Shown here in pieces: positions 15,915-26,300 of a DNA stretch of 64,000 nucleotides. The position numbers and the translations under genes are program-made. The notes under the pieces were generated by a model, which did not search any database, was not told the DNA's origin, and saw only the letters and a list, made by a program, of their open reading frames with translations. Every line of letters begins with the position of its first letter. The first letter of the stretch is position 1. This DNA is from a virus. The stretch lies in IMG/VR virus record IMGVR_UViG_3300025133_000042, positions 32,001 to 96,000 of that record; one strand, 5' to 3'.

Positions 15915-16921
15915 AGAATGTGCGTGTTACTTTCTAATTGTGCTGCGCTTGACTGTAAGATGAAATGTCTCTTACTTTGAAGTTCTTTAATGCTTCGCAC
16001 GCCTGTATAAGACAAGCCGCTACGAATGCCACCATCGATATCTTTAAGGATATCATCAACGGACCCCTTATAAGGCACCATAGTTGCGACGCCTTCTGGA
16101 GTGGAGCTTTTCCCCCTCCAATCTCGTTGGGCCTCCTTCGACGCCATGCCTCTGTATTCCTTGTACTTTTCGCCCTTCGCACCCACTAGGACCTCGCCGG
16201 GTGTTTCGTCCGTGCCTGAAAGCATTGAGCCGATCATTATAAAATCAGCGCCTGCTGCTAGGGCCTTCACCATGTCACCTGTTGTTTTAATGCCGCCATC
16301 AGCAATGATTTTGGTATCATAACTAGTCTTCGAGCACTCCAAAACACTTTGAAACGTGGGTACCCCGTGGCCGGTCACGATTCTCGTAGAACAAATAGAG
16401 CCGCCGCCGATGCCGACGCGGATTGAGTCCGCGCCCCACTCTGACAGAGTCTCGAAGGCCTCAAGTGTCGCGACATTCCCAGCCATAACATGGACAGCCT
16501 CCCCAAACAAATCTTTAAGTTTCTTAAGACAGCCTTCCATCATCTTGTGGTGGCCGTGGGCAACATCGACACAAAGAATACTTGCGCCGGCAGAATAAAG
16601 AGCAACAGCGCGGTCCTGATAGTCTCCTGACATTCCGATGGCTGCAGCAATCTTTTCTTGACGCGATACATCTTTGATATACGACACCATCTCCACTTGC
16701 TCAGGAATGGTGTTGTATCTGTGTATTATCGCTAGGCCGCTGTTCTTATCCATCGCCAGGGCCATCATCGTTCCTGAGACAGTGTCCATGGGCGAAGCAA
16801 TCACCGGAAGTCTAAAATTGTGTTTACCCAACTGGGAGCTGGTATTCACCTCGCGCCTGGACTTAATATCACTCAGCTGCGGGACCAGCAGTATATCATC
16901 AAACGAATATGTTTGTTTCAC
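15899..16921 (-). CDS. guaB: IMP dehydrogenase / GMP reductase family, without CBS domains
   Basis: [50 protein letters not shown]. Confidence 0.88.
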   Translation of the reverse strand: MKQTYSFDDILLVPQLSDIKSRREVNTSSQLGKHNFRLPVIASPMDTVSGTMMALAMDKNSGLAIIHRYNTIPEQVEMVSYIKDVSRQEKIAAAIGMSGDYQDRAVALYSAGASILCVDVAHGHHKMMEGCLKKLKDLFGEAVHVMAGNVATLEAFETLSEWGADSIRVGIGGGSICSTRIVTGHGVPTFQSVLECSKTSYDTKIIADGGIKTTGDMVKALAAGADFIMIGSMLSGTDETPGEVLVGAKGEKYKEYRGMASKEAQRDWRGKSSTPEGVATMVPYKGSVDDILKDIDGGIRSGLSYTGVRSIKELQSKRHFILQSSAAQLESNTHILWRNG

Positions 16922-17265
16922 TTTAAAGTCTCCAAATATCTCTGCAAGTACCAAATCGCCTTTTCTATATCTTTTTTCGGCTCGCCCTTCATGTTGTGCC
17001 GTGCGACGTATTTAATCACGTTGCCGCAATGAAAGCCTAGGCCCCAATCTTCAATAATATCAATAACTTCGTGCTGGCCTTGGTTGTAGTGTTTTGGGTG
17101 GTCAACTTTCGAAGCGGGCGCAGGGGCCGGATCTCTAAACTGCAAGTCCTTATAGGGGTCCTGGTTATATACAATGTCAGGCTCGCTAGGCATGGAGCCT
17201 TGATGGGGCCAAGGACTTTTGACCTTCTTAACTAGCTCTCTCCACTCTTCTTTGCTTATCTTCAT
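16918..17265 (-). CDS. DUF3310 (T7 gp1.7-like nucleotide kinase) domain protein
   Basis: VDHPKHY...EVIDII...GNVIKYVAR..KG...DIEKAIWYL. Confidence 0.85.
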   Translation of the reverse strand: MKISKEEWRELVKKVKSPWPHQGSMPSEPDIVYNQDPYKDLQFRDPAPAPASKVDHPKHYNQGQHEVIDIIEDWGLGFHCGNVIKYVARHNMKGEPKKDIEKAIWYLQRYLETLK

Positions 17266-17268
17266 TTA

Positions 17269-17778
17269 TTAAAATCCGTGCCCGATGCCATCATTGAGGG
17301 GGTTCTCGCTGGCCGGCTTGATATCCGTACTTCCCAAAGCACCGTGGCCTCGGTCGCTCATAGTAATAGGATACCAATCATAAAGACCGCCATCGACGCG
17401 CTCAAGGGCTCTAAAGTGAACGACGGGGACCATAACTAGCTGTGCAATCTTATCGCCGGCGGCGATGTGTTGCACCTCAGTTCCAACATTGTGTAAGTCG
17501 ATGAAGACTTCTCCATCATAGCCGCTGTCGATGATGTGGGCTCCGACAACAAGAGAGCGCTTGGCGCCCATGCTAGAACGATTACATACTTGCAACATAT
17601 AGCCATGTGGAATTCCAAATGTCAATCCCGTTGATAGAAGCTGGCTTTCGCCCGGCTTAATCGTCGCCACGGAGACGTTTGGGTCTCTAGGACAATAAAA
17701 AACGTCCAGCCCAGCATCGCTGGGGTTCGAGCGCATCGGTGGCCTTGCATCAGGCCTCATTTTATATTCTAAAATCAT
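17269..17778 (-). CDS. dut: Trimeric dUTPase
   Basis: DAGLD, RSS, IIDSGYDGE, KIAQL, RGHGALGST. Confidence 0.95.
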   Translation of the reverse strand: MILEYKMRPDARPPMRSNPSDAGLDVFYCPRDPNVSVATIKPGESQLLSTGLTFGIPHGYMLQVCNRSSMGAKRSLVVGAHIIDSGYDGEVFIDLHNVGTEVQHIAAGDKIAQLVMVPVVHFRALERVDGGLYDWYPITMSDRGHGALGSTDIKPASENPLNDGIGHGF

Positions 17779-18053
17779 TATAATACTCCATTTTCTTTCT
17801 CTACTTGTTCGATAATTGATTGAGCTTTGTTCCAGCAATCTGGACAATATAGTCTTACAACTTTTTGCTCCTCTCTCACGATCACATTCCATGTCGTTAC
17901 GTGCTCTTTCGATTTTTTATCAAAAGGCGCAGCACACGCTGCACATTCGTCGTCAAGCATATCAAACATCATTAGCTTCTTGGCCATTTGCTTTTCTGCT
18001 TTCTTCTGCTTTTTTAAGACGTTGCGCGCCATTTTTCTTTTTAAGCTTCCCAC
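17778..18053 (-). CDS. Zinc-ribbon hypothetical protein
   Basis: CAAC...CPDC. Confidence 0.75.
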   Translation of the reverse strand: MGSLKRKMARNVLKKQKKAEKQMAKKLMMFDMLDDECAACAAPFDKKSKEHVTTWNVIVREEQKVVRLYCPDCWNKAQSIIEQVEKENGVL

Positions 18054-21000
18054 TAGCCTAGCATCCTAAACGTGTGGCGAATTGATCGGGTGCTAAACCC
18101 CCAGTCTTCGCTATATTGAAGCTTTGCGGCATAAGGCCTGTTGATGTAAATATGATCATCATCTTTAATCCCCCAGCACTTAATAGAGCTTGTCGTTGAA
18201 GTGTCGTCGATGACCTTGACAATCCAATAAAGCTTGTCATTTTTAGTTTTCTTGGGAATGATTTCTCTCGGTATGAACCAAGAGATGCCCAAATCCTCAT
18301 CGTAGTTGCCCAGCGGCGGGACCATGTTTCTGTTGATGGCCTCTCGGATTCTCTTAGTCAGGACCAAATCGAAAGGAAACATACCAGTAAGAGAAGAGAC
18401 AAAATCAATCTTCTCTTCTCTCGTAAAATCCTCTTCTGGGGCGTATAAATTAATGTTTTCTTCCAGCTTCTTCTGACTCTTTGGCTTGTCTTGGATGCAT
18501 GACATCCAAAAATGCTTGCAGCCAGTAAACCTCTCGTCGACTAATGAATCTAAAGCACCGCTGCGACAGAGCACATCTAGTGCTTTTTTGTTCAATTTTG
18601 AATATACGATCTCTTCATTATATAGCAACTCCTCGACAGTGGTAAAAGGACGATTGTTGAGAATCTGCTCAACAGCCTTTTCGCCTAGGCCCTTGATGGA
18701 GCTGAAAGGCTGGATGAGGGTCTTCCCATCGCCTGCAATCTCCCATTGTTCAGTCGAGGTGTTGATGTTGATCTGCTCAATATTAAACCCATGTTTCTGA
18801 GCAAGGCTAATAGCTGCCTCTTTGCGAGATTCTGGCTCTTTGTCAAGGAAAGCTGCAGCCCAGCACTCAGGATAGTAGTTAAGAAGCCAGGCGCACTGGA
18901 AAGACAAGATTGAGTATGATACCGCATGCGACTTGTTAAAGCCATAGCCAGAGAAGTACTCAAATTTCTGCCAAAGGCCTTGTGCCGTTGACCGATCGAT
19001 GCCCTTCTCGACGCAGCCGGCAATAAACTTATCATAAATCTTGTTTTTTGCCTGTGCCCCCTTACCTGTACCTTTCTTGGTAAGGAGCTTGCGCAGCGCG
19101 TTGCCTTCATCCATTGTCAAATCCTTACCCAGCTTGTGAGCAAGAAGCGCAATCTGCTCTTGGAAAATCAAGAACCCTGCAGTTTCTTCGGTCACTCCTT
19201 TATCTAAGTCATTGAGATAATTAATCTCCTCAGGGCTGTGCTTGGCCTTAACATACCGCTTGTCCACTCCTGCGCTCAGGGGGCCTGGTCGATAAATAGA
19301 AGTAATGGCCGAGATATCAATAATATCTTTTGGCTTTGCGCGCTTGCAAAACTTTTGGGCTCCAGCGTTTGTAAACTGAAAAACGCCCATGAAATTTCCC
19401 TTTTGGAAAATGTTCTCATATACTTTTTGATCACTGAGATCGATCTTATCTGGGTGGAGCTTGGAATCATAATACTCCTTAATATCTTGGAAGGAGGGAT
19501 TCTCGTTTCCATGGTATCGTTTTAAAACATGCCCGACTGCAGATTGGATCATCTCCAGGGTAGAGAGGCCGAGCAGATCAAACTTAATAAAACCCAAAGG
19601 CTCAAGGTGTCTAACGTTCTGGCCTTCCGACCAGGGCGTCTGGACAACCCCCTTCGAGCAGATAAGAGGCATGTGCCTGTCAAGATCTTCTCCAATCACG
19701 ACGCCGCCGGCGTGGCGGCTCGTGGACCTCACTTGTCCTACTAGTGCTTCGACATGGGTCTTGATATCGGGATACTTGTCTAGAAACTTAATCAGCGAAT
19801 CGGAATACTTCATCACCTCCTCGAAAGTTGGAATGTACATTCCTGCGCGAATGCCATGATCTGCCTTTGCTTTTGGGGTTGCCTCCCTCACCATTCTTCC
19901 GGTGACAGAGTTGACCTCGACGAAAGGTACGTCGTAGAGCTTGCTAATATCCTTAATCAACGAACGCAACTGAAGTGTGTTGAAGTTTGAAATGGGCACG
20001 ACAGTTGTGTCTCCCCATTCCTTGGCAAGAATTTCTTTAAGCCCGAATGCATCGCTAACATCGTAATCAATATCAGGATAGTCGGTCGCATCCGAGCGCA
20101 GAAAGCGGCTGAACAGAAGGCCATACTTAATCGGATCTACCTGAGTAATCCCAAGCGCGTACGCGACAAGAGAGCCCGCAGCGGAGCCGCGGCCGGGTCC
20201 GGAGAGCATGTGCTTGTTTGCCATGTCGCTAATCGCCTTCATGGTTAGGAAGTATTTGCTAAACCCCCTCTCGTTAATAACTGTAAGTTCATGCTTAAGA
20301 CGGTCAATATATTCTTTGTTGTTGTCGAAGCCAAGCTTGCGAAGGGCAGCGATGGACTCTTTGATGAGCGTCTCCTCTGCATCAGCGCCGGAAGGGACAA
20401 CGAATCCAGGCAAGCGTACTGTGTCGTCTGGCATAAAAGCCTCAATTCGCTCATTCGCAATCCAGTGGGTTTTCACGAGAGAGTCATAAATCAAGTCATC
20501 ATCATACTCAACGCCACACTCTTTGGAATACTTCTTATAGGACTCCCACATCTGATCGCCGTTCTTGGGGTATAGCTCCATGCCCATCTCGTCAACGTCA
20601 ACTGGAAGTTCAGACTTGAGATATTCGGGCTTGTTCTTCGATTTACCAAGCCAACCTAAGCGCTTATAAAGCTCTCGGTCTTTCCAGGCAGCGGCGCTTG
20701 GGTAATGTGAATCAGCAGTAGAGATAAGGTCAATGTCAAACTCCTCATGCATCTGGATGACATATTTATTTAGCTCGTGCTGCTCTGGTACATTGTTCCA
20801 TTGCAGCTCGCCATACCAGCGGTCTCCAAGACAATCCATCATCTTGCGTGTGGTGGCCCTCATGGCGCCCAGGACTGCTTCAGGGCCGTCGTCGCGATTG
20901 TTCCAATAGTCTTTGGCGTAAACGCCGCCAAGACACGCAGAAGAGGCAATAACTCCCTCGCCATGCTCCTTTAAGAGCTTGTAGTCTAGCCTAGGCTTGC

Positions 21001-21484
21001 GATAGAAGTTATCACCCTGGTGAGAGTCAGAAACTATCTTGAAGATATTGTTCAAGCCAGTCTGATTCATAGCTAGCAACACAAGATGACCGCTATTATT
21101 AAGTTTGCTGGACTTGCCCTTAGAAGCCGTTTCGTCTTCTGCTTCGACTTTATCTGTGTCGTTGATGACCTTACGTGCTTGCTTCTTATCTTCTTTAATT
21201 CGATCGTACTCTCCCCTCCACTCCTCGATGGAGGCAATAAAATAGGCCTCGACGCCGAAGATTGGCTTAAAGGTCTTGCCTTGGGACTGCATCTTCTTTG
21301 CATGCAGAACCTGATAAGACAGACCATTCATGTTCCCATGGTCTGTCAAAGCAAGGGCCTCCATGCCATTTTCATATGCAAAGTCCATATGGTCTTGCGG
21401 ATATCCAAAACCATCGAAGACCGAACCAGCAACGCTGTGTGCGTGCAAACCCACGAAGGGAATCTTACTCTCTTTTCTATTCAT
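18053..21484 (-). CDS. dnaE: DNA polymerase III alpha subunit (family C)
   Basis: PHP HAHS/TDHG/GVEAY/ADSHY, GRGSAAGS, PDIDYD, KFDLLGL, YGFNKSH, IKGLG. Confidence 0.97.
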   Translation of the reverse strand: MNRKESKIPFVGLHAHSVAGSVFDGFGYPQDHMDFAYENGMEALALTDHGNMNGLSYQVLHAKKMQSQGKTFKPIFGVEAYFIASIEEWRGEYDRIKEDKKQARKVINDTDKVEAEDETASKGKSSKLNNSGHLVLLAMNQTGLNNIFKIVSDSHQGDNFYRKPRLDYKLLKEHGEGVIASSACLGGVYAKDYWNNRDDGPEAVLGAMRATTRKMMDCLGDRWYGELQWNNVPEQHELNKYVIQMHEEFDIDLISTADSHYPSAAAWKDRELYKRLGWLGKSKNKPEYLKSELPVDVDEMGMELYPKNGDQMWESYKKYSKECGVEYDDDLIYDSLVKTHWIANERIEAFMPDDTVRLPGFVVPSGADAEETLIKESIAALRKLGFDNNKEYIDRLKHELTVINERGFSKYFLTMKAISDMANKHMLSGPGRGSAAGSLVAYALGITQVDPIKYGLLFSRFLRSDATDYPDIDYDVSDAFGLKEILAKEWGDTTVVPISNFNTLQLRSLIKDISKLYDVPFVEVNSVTGRMVREATPKAKADHGIRAGMYIPTFEEVMKYSDSLIKFLDKYPDIKTHVEALVGQVRSTSRHAGGVVIGEDLDRHMPLICSKGVVQTPWSEGQNVRHLEPLGFIKFDLLGLSTLEMIQSAVGHVLKRYHGNENPSFQDIKEYYDSKLHPDKIDLSDQKVYENIFQKGNFMGVFQFTNAGAQKFCKRAKPKDIIDISAITSIYRPGPLSAGVDKRYVKAKHSPEEINYLNDLDKGVTEETAGFLIFQEQIALLAHKLGKDLTMDEGNALRKLLTKKGTGKGAQAKNKIYDKFIAGCVEKGIDRSTAQGLWQKFEYFSGYGFNKSHAVSYSILSFQCAWLLNYYPECWAAAFLDKEPESRKEAAISLAQKHGFNIEQININTSTEQWEIAGDGKTLIQPFSSIKGLGEKAVEQILNNRPFTTVEELLYNEEIVYSKLNKKALDVLCRSGALDSLVDERFTGCKHFWMSCIQDKPKSQKKLEENINLYAPEEDFTREEKIDFVSSLTGMFPFDLVLTKRIREAINRNMVPPLGNYDEDLGISWFIPREIIPKKTKNDKLYWIVKVIDDTSTTSSIKCWGIKDDDHIYINRPYAAKLQYSEDWGFSTRSIRHTFRMLG

Positions 21485-21500
21485 ATTTGCCTCTGCAGAC

Positions 21501-21528
21501 ATTATAGAGACACAAAAGAGGAAATCAA
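21501..21528 (-). promoter_or_regulatory. Sigma70-like promoter of dnaE
   Basis: TTGATT-N16-TATAAT. Confidence 0.6.
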
Positions 21529-21725
21529 ACAGAAAGTGAATTATCTTTTTCAAAGAGGTAGAGACCAGTCTCTTCTAGGTTCAGCCTCTTTGGGATGGCT
21601 GCAAGCGGAAGAAGGCCATGAATGACAAAGACCAGGCCGGTGAGAAGCAGGCGCGCTCCAATTCCGCATGCAAAAAGTAAATGCTCCAGATATGACATAT
21701 TTTTCTCTTGTAAGTGTTTAAACAT
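21525..21725 (-). CDS. DUF6356-like small protein
   Basis: HLQEKNMSYLEHLLFA...IHGLLP. Confidence 0.7.
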   Translation of the reverse strand: MFKHLQEKNMSYLEHLLFACGIGARLLLTGLVFVIHGLLPLAAIPKRLNLEETGLYLFEKDNSLSV

Positions 21726-22494
21726 CGTCTTCTACTCCTATACCGCTTAACTCGTTTTTCGGTATTAACGCGGGCTTTTGCAATGACTGCGAAAGAGCCT
21801 CTAAGTAAGTATCCCAACAAACAATACTGTCATAAGTTTTTATCTCTATCTTTTTAAAATTATTTACTTCTTCAAATATTCTTATGTCTTGGTCATTGTA
21901 CCTATCATGAGAATATTTTTTTATAATCACATCCAAAGTTGAAGGGGGGAAGCTGGCGCCCAAGAAATCATTAGTCGCTATTGACTTGCCCTCAGAAGAG
22001 AGAGATATGCTTTCGCCTGAGCTTATTTCAGATCGGTATGGCTGTATGCAGCTTGGGTCGTATACCCCGCAAGGAAATGAAACATAGTAGCTTGTGGGCT
22101 TGAGCCATTTGCTCATCCCAGCTGATATCTTCTTCGATGTCAAGCCGCCGGCTAGAATTGAAAGCCAAGTGTTCTTCTGTTTGTAGAACCTTACGCCAAC
22201 AGGAACATAGTATATCTTTATAAGCTTTCGATGCTCGTCAGGATATCTAGCTCTTGTTCTATTAAAGTAAACAGGATCATAGACGTAATCGCCGATTGCG
22301 TGGCGGACCAGCGGCTTGGTGTCGTCGTCGCACACTAGCCAGATTGTATTACATCCAGCATATGCGCACTCTATTACAGCGCGTTCGATGGCCAAGTAAT
22401 TTAATGATATTGGCAACAAGGCGGGCCCGACAGGGCTGGTGATTTCAGACTCAATGCCTGAAACAGGGATTATTCCGGCTATATGTCGTATCAT
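21718..22494 (-). CDS. Degenerate sugar-nucleotidyltransferase-like protein
   Basis: AGIIPVSG...LLPI...AIERAVIECAYAGCNTIWLV, lacking the G-x-G-T-R and K residues. Confidence 0.6.
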   Translation of the reverse strand: MIRHIAGIIPVSGIESEITSPVGPALLPISLNYLAIERAVIECAYAGCNTIWLVCDDDTKPLVRHAIGDYVYDPVYFNRTRARYPDEHRKLIKIYYVPVGVRFYKQKNTWLSILAGGLTSKKISAGMSKWLKPTSYYVSFPCGVYDPSCIQPYRSEISSGESISLSSEGKSIATNDFLGASFPPSTLDVIIKKYSHDRYNDQDIRIFEEVNNFKKIEIKTYDSIVCWDTYLEALSQSLQKPALIPKNELSGIGVEDDV

Positions 22495-22504
22495 TAAGAA
22501 CCTT

Positions 22505-23155
22505 TCAGGAAGTTAATTCTACCACATGATAAAGTTGTTTTTCAATTGGGTAGACATCTCTCTTCCAGAGATTCATCTTGGTCTCTACTCCAGCAGAGGA
22601 GAAAAGCTTTTCTAACTTCTGTCTTATAGTTGTGTCCGAATACTCTAGATCTTGAAGGTCTTCGGAAGTGAGATGCTGTTCGACGAGAACATCCCTCTTG
22701 TCGTTCTTTTGATCTATTCTTGTAGAAGGAAATGTCTTAATTGATTTAACCTTGCCCCAAGTATGGTACTGGACTTCCAGGGTCTCTGATGAGCCTCGTA
22801 CATCAAGCCAGTCTATGACCCTGTAATAGTCTACTTCGCTATCTACTTCCGAACAAGCGACGTTCGACGCGCTGAAGAGATGCACCCTGGGACAAACAAT
22901 GCTTGTCTTAACTCGGGGATGATGCACTATCATTCCGTCACGCAAATCAATAGCGACGGGCGGGGTGGTAAAAGGCGTACGCCCTTCAAGGGCGGCGTTC
23001 CAGAGCATGCTAGCTGCCATTTCTTCTTCTGGTTCATATGAGTGATATTTTAACCTAGAGTTGAGGATGATGTTTAAGCCGCACTCATCTGCGAACTGCA
23101 TAGCGGCCATGGTGTGGCCAATAACAACATCCTCTTCCAGATTTAAAACTAGCAT
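22505..23155 (-). CDS. Hypothetical protein, degenerate Rossmann-like N-terminus
   Basis: DVVIGHTMAAMQFA. Confidence 0.55.
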   Translation of the reverse strand: MLVLNLEEDVVIGHTMAAMQFADECGLNIILNSRLKYHSYEPEEEMAASMLWNAALEGRTPFTTPPVAIDLRDGMIVHHPRVKTSIVCPRVHLFSASNVACSEVDSEVDYYRVIDWLDVRGSSETLEVQYHTWGKVKSIKTFPSTRIDQKNDKRDVLVEQHLTSEDLQDLEYSDTTIRQKLEKLFSSAGVETKMNLWKRDVYPIEKQLYHVVELTS

Positions 23156-23835
23156 CCAGGCACAAAGTTTCTTTCTACTTTAATAAGGCGATGCCATTTT
23201 TTGAGCAAGGATAGGTGCAACGGCTTTTCTCGGCAACGGCCGTCGGCTTTTGGGGCTCTGATTGCGGTGACCCATGCAGCAACCCACCGTCGTTCCGGAG
23301 TTTTGTATCTGCAAAGACTTTTGACTTTTGGCAACCTCTTTATTATGTGCTGCATCCAAGCATGGGCCGCGGCCACGTGGTCGGATCGATCGATCCCGTA
23401 TCCCCTCTTCTTATTTTCCCACCATGGCCACATCTGTAGAATGCCGAGTGCCATGGGCTTCCTTTTCGATTTGCTGAATTTATGATCCCCCTTGGCATTG
23501 GGATTGTATCCGCTCTCCTTGCAGGCGGCTGCAAGGAGCATCCCGCGAAGTGACGCAGGAACTGAATATTGTTTTTCAATTTCAATCAAATCATTAATTA
23601 TGCCTTCACTTGCTAGCGACACGTTCTTCACGTTCCTGCAGTTGATAATGGCCTGCTCTCTTATTTCTTCATAAGTTACAGGGCCGTCGACGTCATTTGA
23701 GATGGGGTTGACGAACGCCGGCGCCTCAGTCTCATAAAGATTAATCAAGCTGACATAAGGATTCGTGTCTCCAGGAGCCAGCGCTTGCATCACAAGGATA
23801 GGTAATATATACTTCATACTTAAAGAGATCTCCAA
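23149..23835 (-). CDS. Lytic transglycosylase (SLT-like), candidate endolysin
   Basis: KESGYNPNAKG...ALGILQM; hydrophobic N-terminus. Confidence 0.8.
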   Translation of the reverse strand: MEISLSMKYILPILVMQALAPGDTNPYVSLINLYETEAPAFVNPISNDVDGPVTYEEIREQAIINCRNVKNVSLASEGIINDLIEIEKQYSVPASLRGMLLAAACKESGYNPNAKGDHKFSKSKRKPMALGILQMWPWWENKKRGYGIDRSDHVAAAHAWMQHIIKRLPKVKSLCRYKTPERRWVAAWVTAIRAPKADGRCREKPLHLSLLKKWHRLIKVERNFVPGC

Positions 23836-23852
23836 AGCTCCATATAAGTAGT

Positions 23853-24125
23853 TTACTTATCAGAATCAACAAAAGCAATTACACTATTTTCTGGAATAAT
23901 ATGAAATACTTGGCCGTCATACTGGACTTCTTCTAAAAGGTGAGCATGAACCAATAGTCGTGAACCTCTGACAAGGTCAGTGTAGTCATTAGGCTGTACA
24001 AGCTTAACAAATACATAAGGCTGGTCTCTTTCCTTAAAATTATCAGGAACCAACACAAGATTTTTTTGCTCCTGTGCTGATTCCACTGGCGTAACTATTA
24101 AATATTTATTAACTGGGTGTAACAT
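23853..24125 (-). CDS. groES: Co-chaperonin GroES/Cpn10
   Basis: LHPVNKYLIV, mobile loop LVLVPD, EVQYDGQVFHIIPENSVIA. Confidence 0.8.
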   Translation of the reverse strand: MLHPVNKYLIVTPVESAQEQKNLVLVPDNFKERDQPYVFVKLVQPNDYTDLVRGSRLLVHAHLLEEVQYDGQVFHIIPENSVIAFVDSDK

Positions 24126-24126
24126 T

Positions 24127-24375
24127 TCACACCTTTTTATCGTTTAGTTCGTTAAAATAGCTAGTAAACTGAGTAATATCATCGCCCTTGCGAAGCATTC
24201 TATAAGCTCGAACAGCTTGCCTCATCTCATCTCGGGAGAGCCACCCATTTCGAGCATAGTTTGTACGCAAATCGCGCTTATGCTCCTTATATGGCTCCAT
24301 CTCATCTTCAATCGCCTTCAGGGCCCGAACATACTCAACAACATAATCTTCTTTCGACATATAATCAGTAGACAT
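24127..24375 (-). CDS. GapR/DUF2312- or T4 DsbA-like DNA-binding protein
   Basis: YVRALKAIEDE...KRDL...NGW...MRQAVRAYR pattern. Confidence 0.55.
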   Translation of the reverse strand: MSTDYMSKEDYVVEYVRALKAIEDEMEPYKEHKRDLRTNYARNGWLSRDEMRQAVRAYRMLRKGDDITQFTSYFNELNDKKV

Positions 24376-24406
24376 ATCAACCTCCGTGTGTCATAACTGC
24401 ACTACA

Positions 24407-24434
24407 ATAATAAACACATTAGTTTTCTTGTCAA
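24407..24434 (-). promoter_or_regulatory. Sigma70-like promoter
   Basis: TTGACA-N16-TATTAT. Confidence 0.7.
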
Positions 24435-24443
24435 GGCATTATA

Positions 24444-26300
24444 CTAAATAACCTCGCAAGACCCTCCCGAACAGGCCAGCTCGCCAGTTAAATTAGTATT
24501 GTCATCAAACTCAACAACTTTTGCGATATCAACTTCGCGCAGAGAGCATGCGAGATTTTCGTACTCTTCCTTTGTACAGTCTTCAAATGGCGCCTGCTTG
24601 TACGTGTGGTCCGAAAAAGGCAAAACAGATAGGCCGTTATAAGTCGCTCTGTTCTCCCACATCCATTCACGAACAACATCCCATTCGTCCTCTCTGATAG
24701 AAACAGTCGCAGATACATTATGTGTATTCTGGCCGCGGCCATGGCCGGGGCGGACCCAATCAGAAGATATTTTCTTAATCCGACGAAGCAAATCCAAGCA
24801 CCCTTCCTGTCTTGTAATCGCATTCTCTGGGGCCCTCTGGGGAACGGAAATAACAGCTGTATCATGGGGCCTAAAAAATTCATCCTCAACCAAATCGGCG
24901 TTATGAATAGCCAAATGCGTATAGATGGCTTCATTCTTGCCAACACGTAGTCGACGAATATAATAGTCGTTATGCCATGCATGGATACCACTAGATGTCC
25001 CCAGCGTTAAAGATGTTGTTCCTGCAGGCTTAACACAGGTTGTCCGAGTGGCCGGCCGAATGTTGATTAAGGACGCGACGCGTCGGTTTTCTCTCCTAAC
25101 AACGGAAGAAGCCGATTTCATATTTAAATCCAAAACGCGGCCGGAGGCAATACCAGTCATGGAGACCCCAATAAGCGCATCCTTTTCTGTTGTCCGGCGC
25201 CACACGTCGCGGAGATAATGAAAATCAGTATATCCTGCTTGCAAGGTTGCAATGAAGCTGGCTGCGCGGCAGCGGCTCTCATAGTCCTCTTGGCCGGTAA
25301 GATCAGAAGCGTTAACCTCGACCAAGTTGCAAAATTGATATGGCCTGAGGGCGATCTCGCAACACGGATTCGTGCCCCAGTCTTTGTCGTTTGAAAAATA
25401 GAACCCGGGCTCGCCGGCGCCGCTTGCTCTCACTCTTTCCCAAATTGAATTGAAGAAATCTTTTGTTATAAGGTGTCGCATGAGGACAACTGAGTTGTTG
25501 GCTCTTCCTCGCTGAGGATTTGTCTCCCACCAATCTCCTGTCTTTGCTGCAAGCATTTCTTCATCTTCTGCGGAAAAAAGTGAAATAAGAGCAGCCCGAC
25601 GGATCCCCCCGGCAAGAACAGCATCAGCAATATGACAAATGATATCATGCACTTCGATAGGCTCAAGCTTGTCACCGCTCTCCTTCGCATCAAGAATTCC
25701 TCGTATCTTAAGGAGGCATTCTTTCAACGGTTGAGGGCCGGGAGCTTTGCCTCCAGATGTAACTAGTCTGCTGCCTTTCGGACGGATGTCAGAAAAATCA
25801 AATTTTAATTTTGATCCGCCTTTAAAGTATGAGTTAACTAAAACCTTTACTGCGTCGGCCCATCCTTCGATCGAATCACCGATAAGATATCGCCTAGAGC
25901 GCTTTGCACTCGGCATCTGAAGTTCCGGGAGCTTATCAACATGGTGCCTTTGAACAGAATATCCAACACCAGTGCCGCCAAGAAGGAGAAACATGCACTC
26001 AGAAAAAGAAGCGACATGATCGATAGGCATATAAGCACAGTTGTATATCCTGTTAGGTGCCACTTCAATCGGCTTGCCCCCGAATTGCATGGAGCGCATG
26101 GATGGTAAAACTTTTTTCGCATAGACGTAATTATAAGCCTCTTCGACTTCAGTCCTTAAATTCGGATACTTCTTAAGGTGCATGGCCTTGTTGCGATCGA
26201 CTAATTCCTCCCAGGTTTCACGTCTGTCTTCCTGCTTCAGATATCTTGCATATTTCATATAAACAGTGATATCTGACAAAATTTTACTAGCTAGGTCCAT
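24444..26300 (-). CDS. nrdJ: Class II (B12-dependent) ribonucleotide reductase
   Basis: YNCAY, GGIRRAA, TNPCCEI, CVKPAGT, C-terminal ACSGGSCE; no beta subunit nearby. Confidence 0.88.
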   Translation of the reverse strand: MDLASKILSDITVYMKYARYLKQEDRRETWEELVDRNKAMHLKKYPNLRTEVEEAYNYVYAKKVLPSMRSMQFGGKPIEVAPNRIYNCAYMPIDHVASFSECMFLLLGGTGVGYSVQRHHVDKLPELQMPSAKRSRRYLIGDSIEGWADAVKVLVNSYFKGGSKLKFDFSDIRPKGSRLVTSGGKAPGPQPLKECLLKIRGILDAKESGDKLEPIEVHDIICHIADAVLAGGIRRAALISLFSAEDEEMLAAKTGDWWETNPQRGRANNSVVLMRHLITKDFFNSIWERVRASGAGEPGFYFSNDKDWGTNPCCEIALRPYQFCNLVEVNASDLTGQEDYESRCRAASFIATLQAGYTDFHYLRDVWRRTTEKDALIGVSMTGIASGRVLDLNMKSASSVVRRENRRVASLINIRPATRTTCVKPAGTTSLTLGTSSGIHAWHNDYYIRRLRVGKNEAIYTHLAIHNADLVEDEFFRPHDTAVISVPQRAPENAITRQEGCLDLLRRIKKISSDWVRPGHGRGQNTHNVSATVSIREDEWDVVREWMWENRATYNGLSVLPFSDHTYKQAPFEDCTKEEYENLACSLREVDIAKVVEFDDNTNLTGELACSGGSCEVI

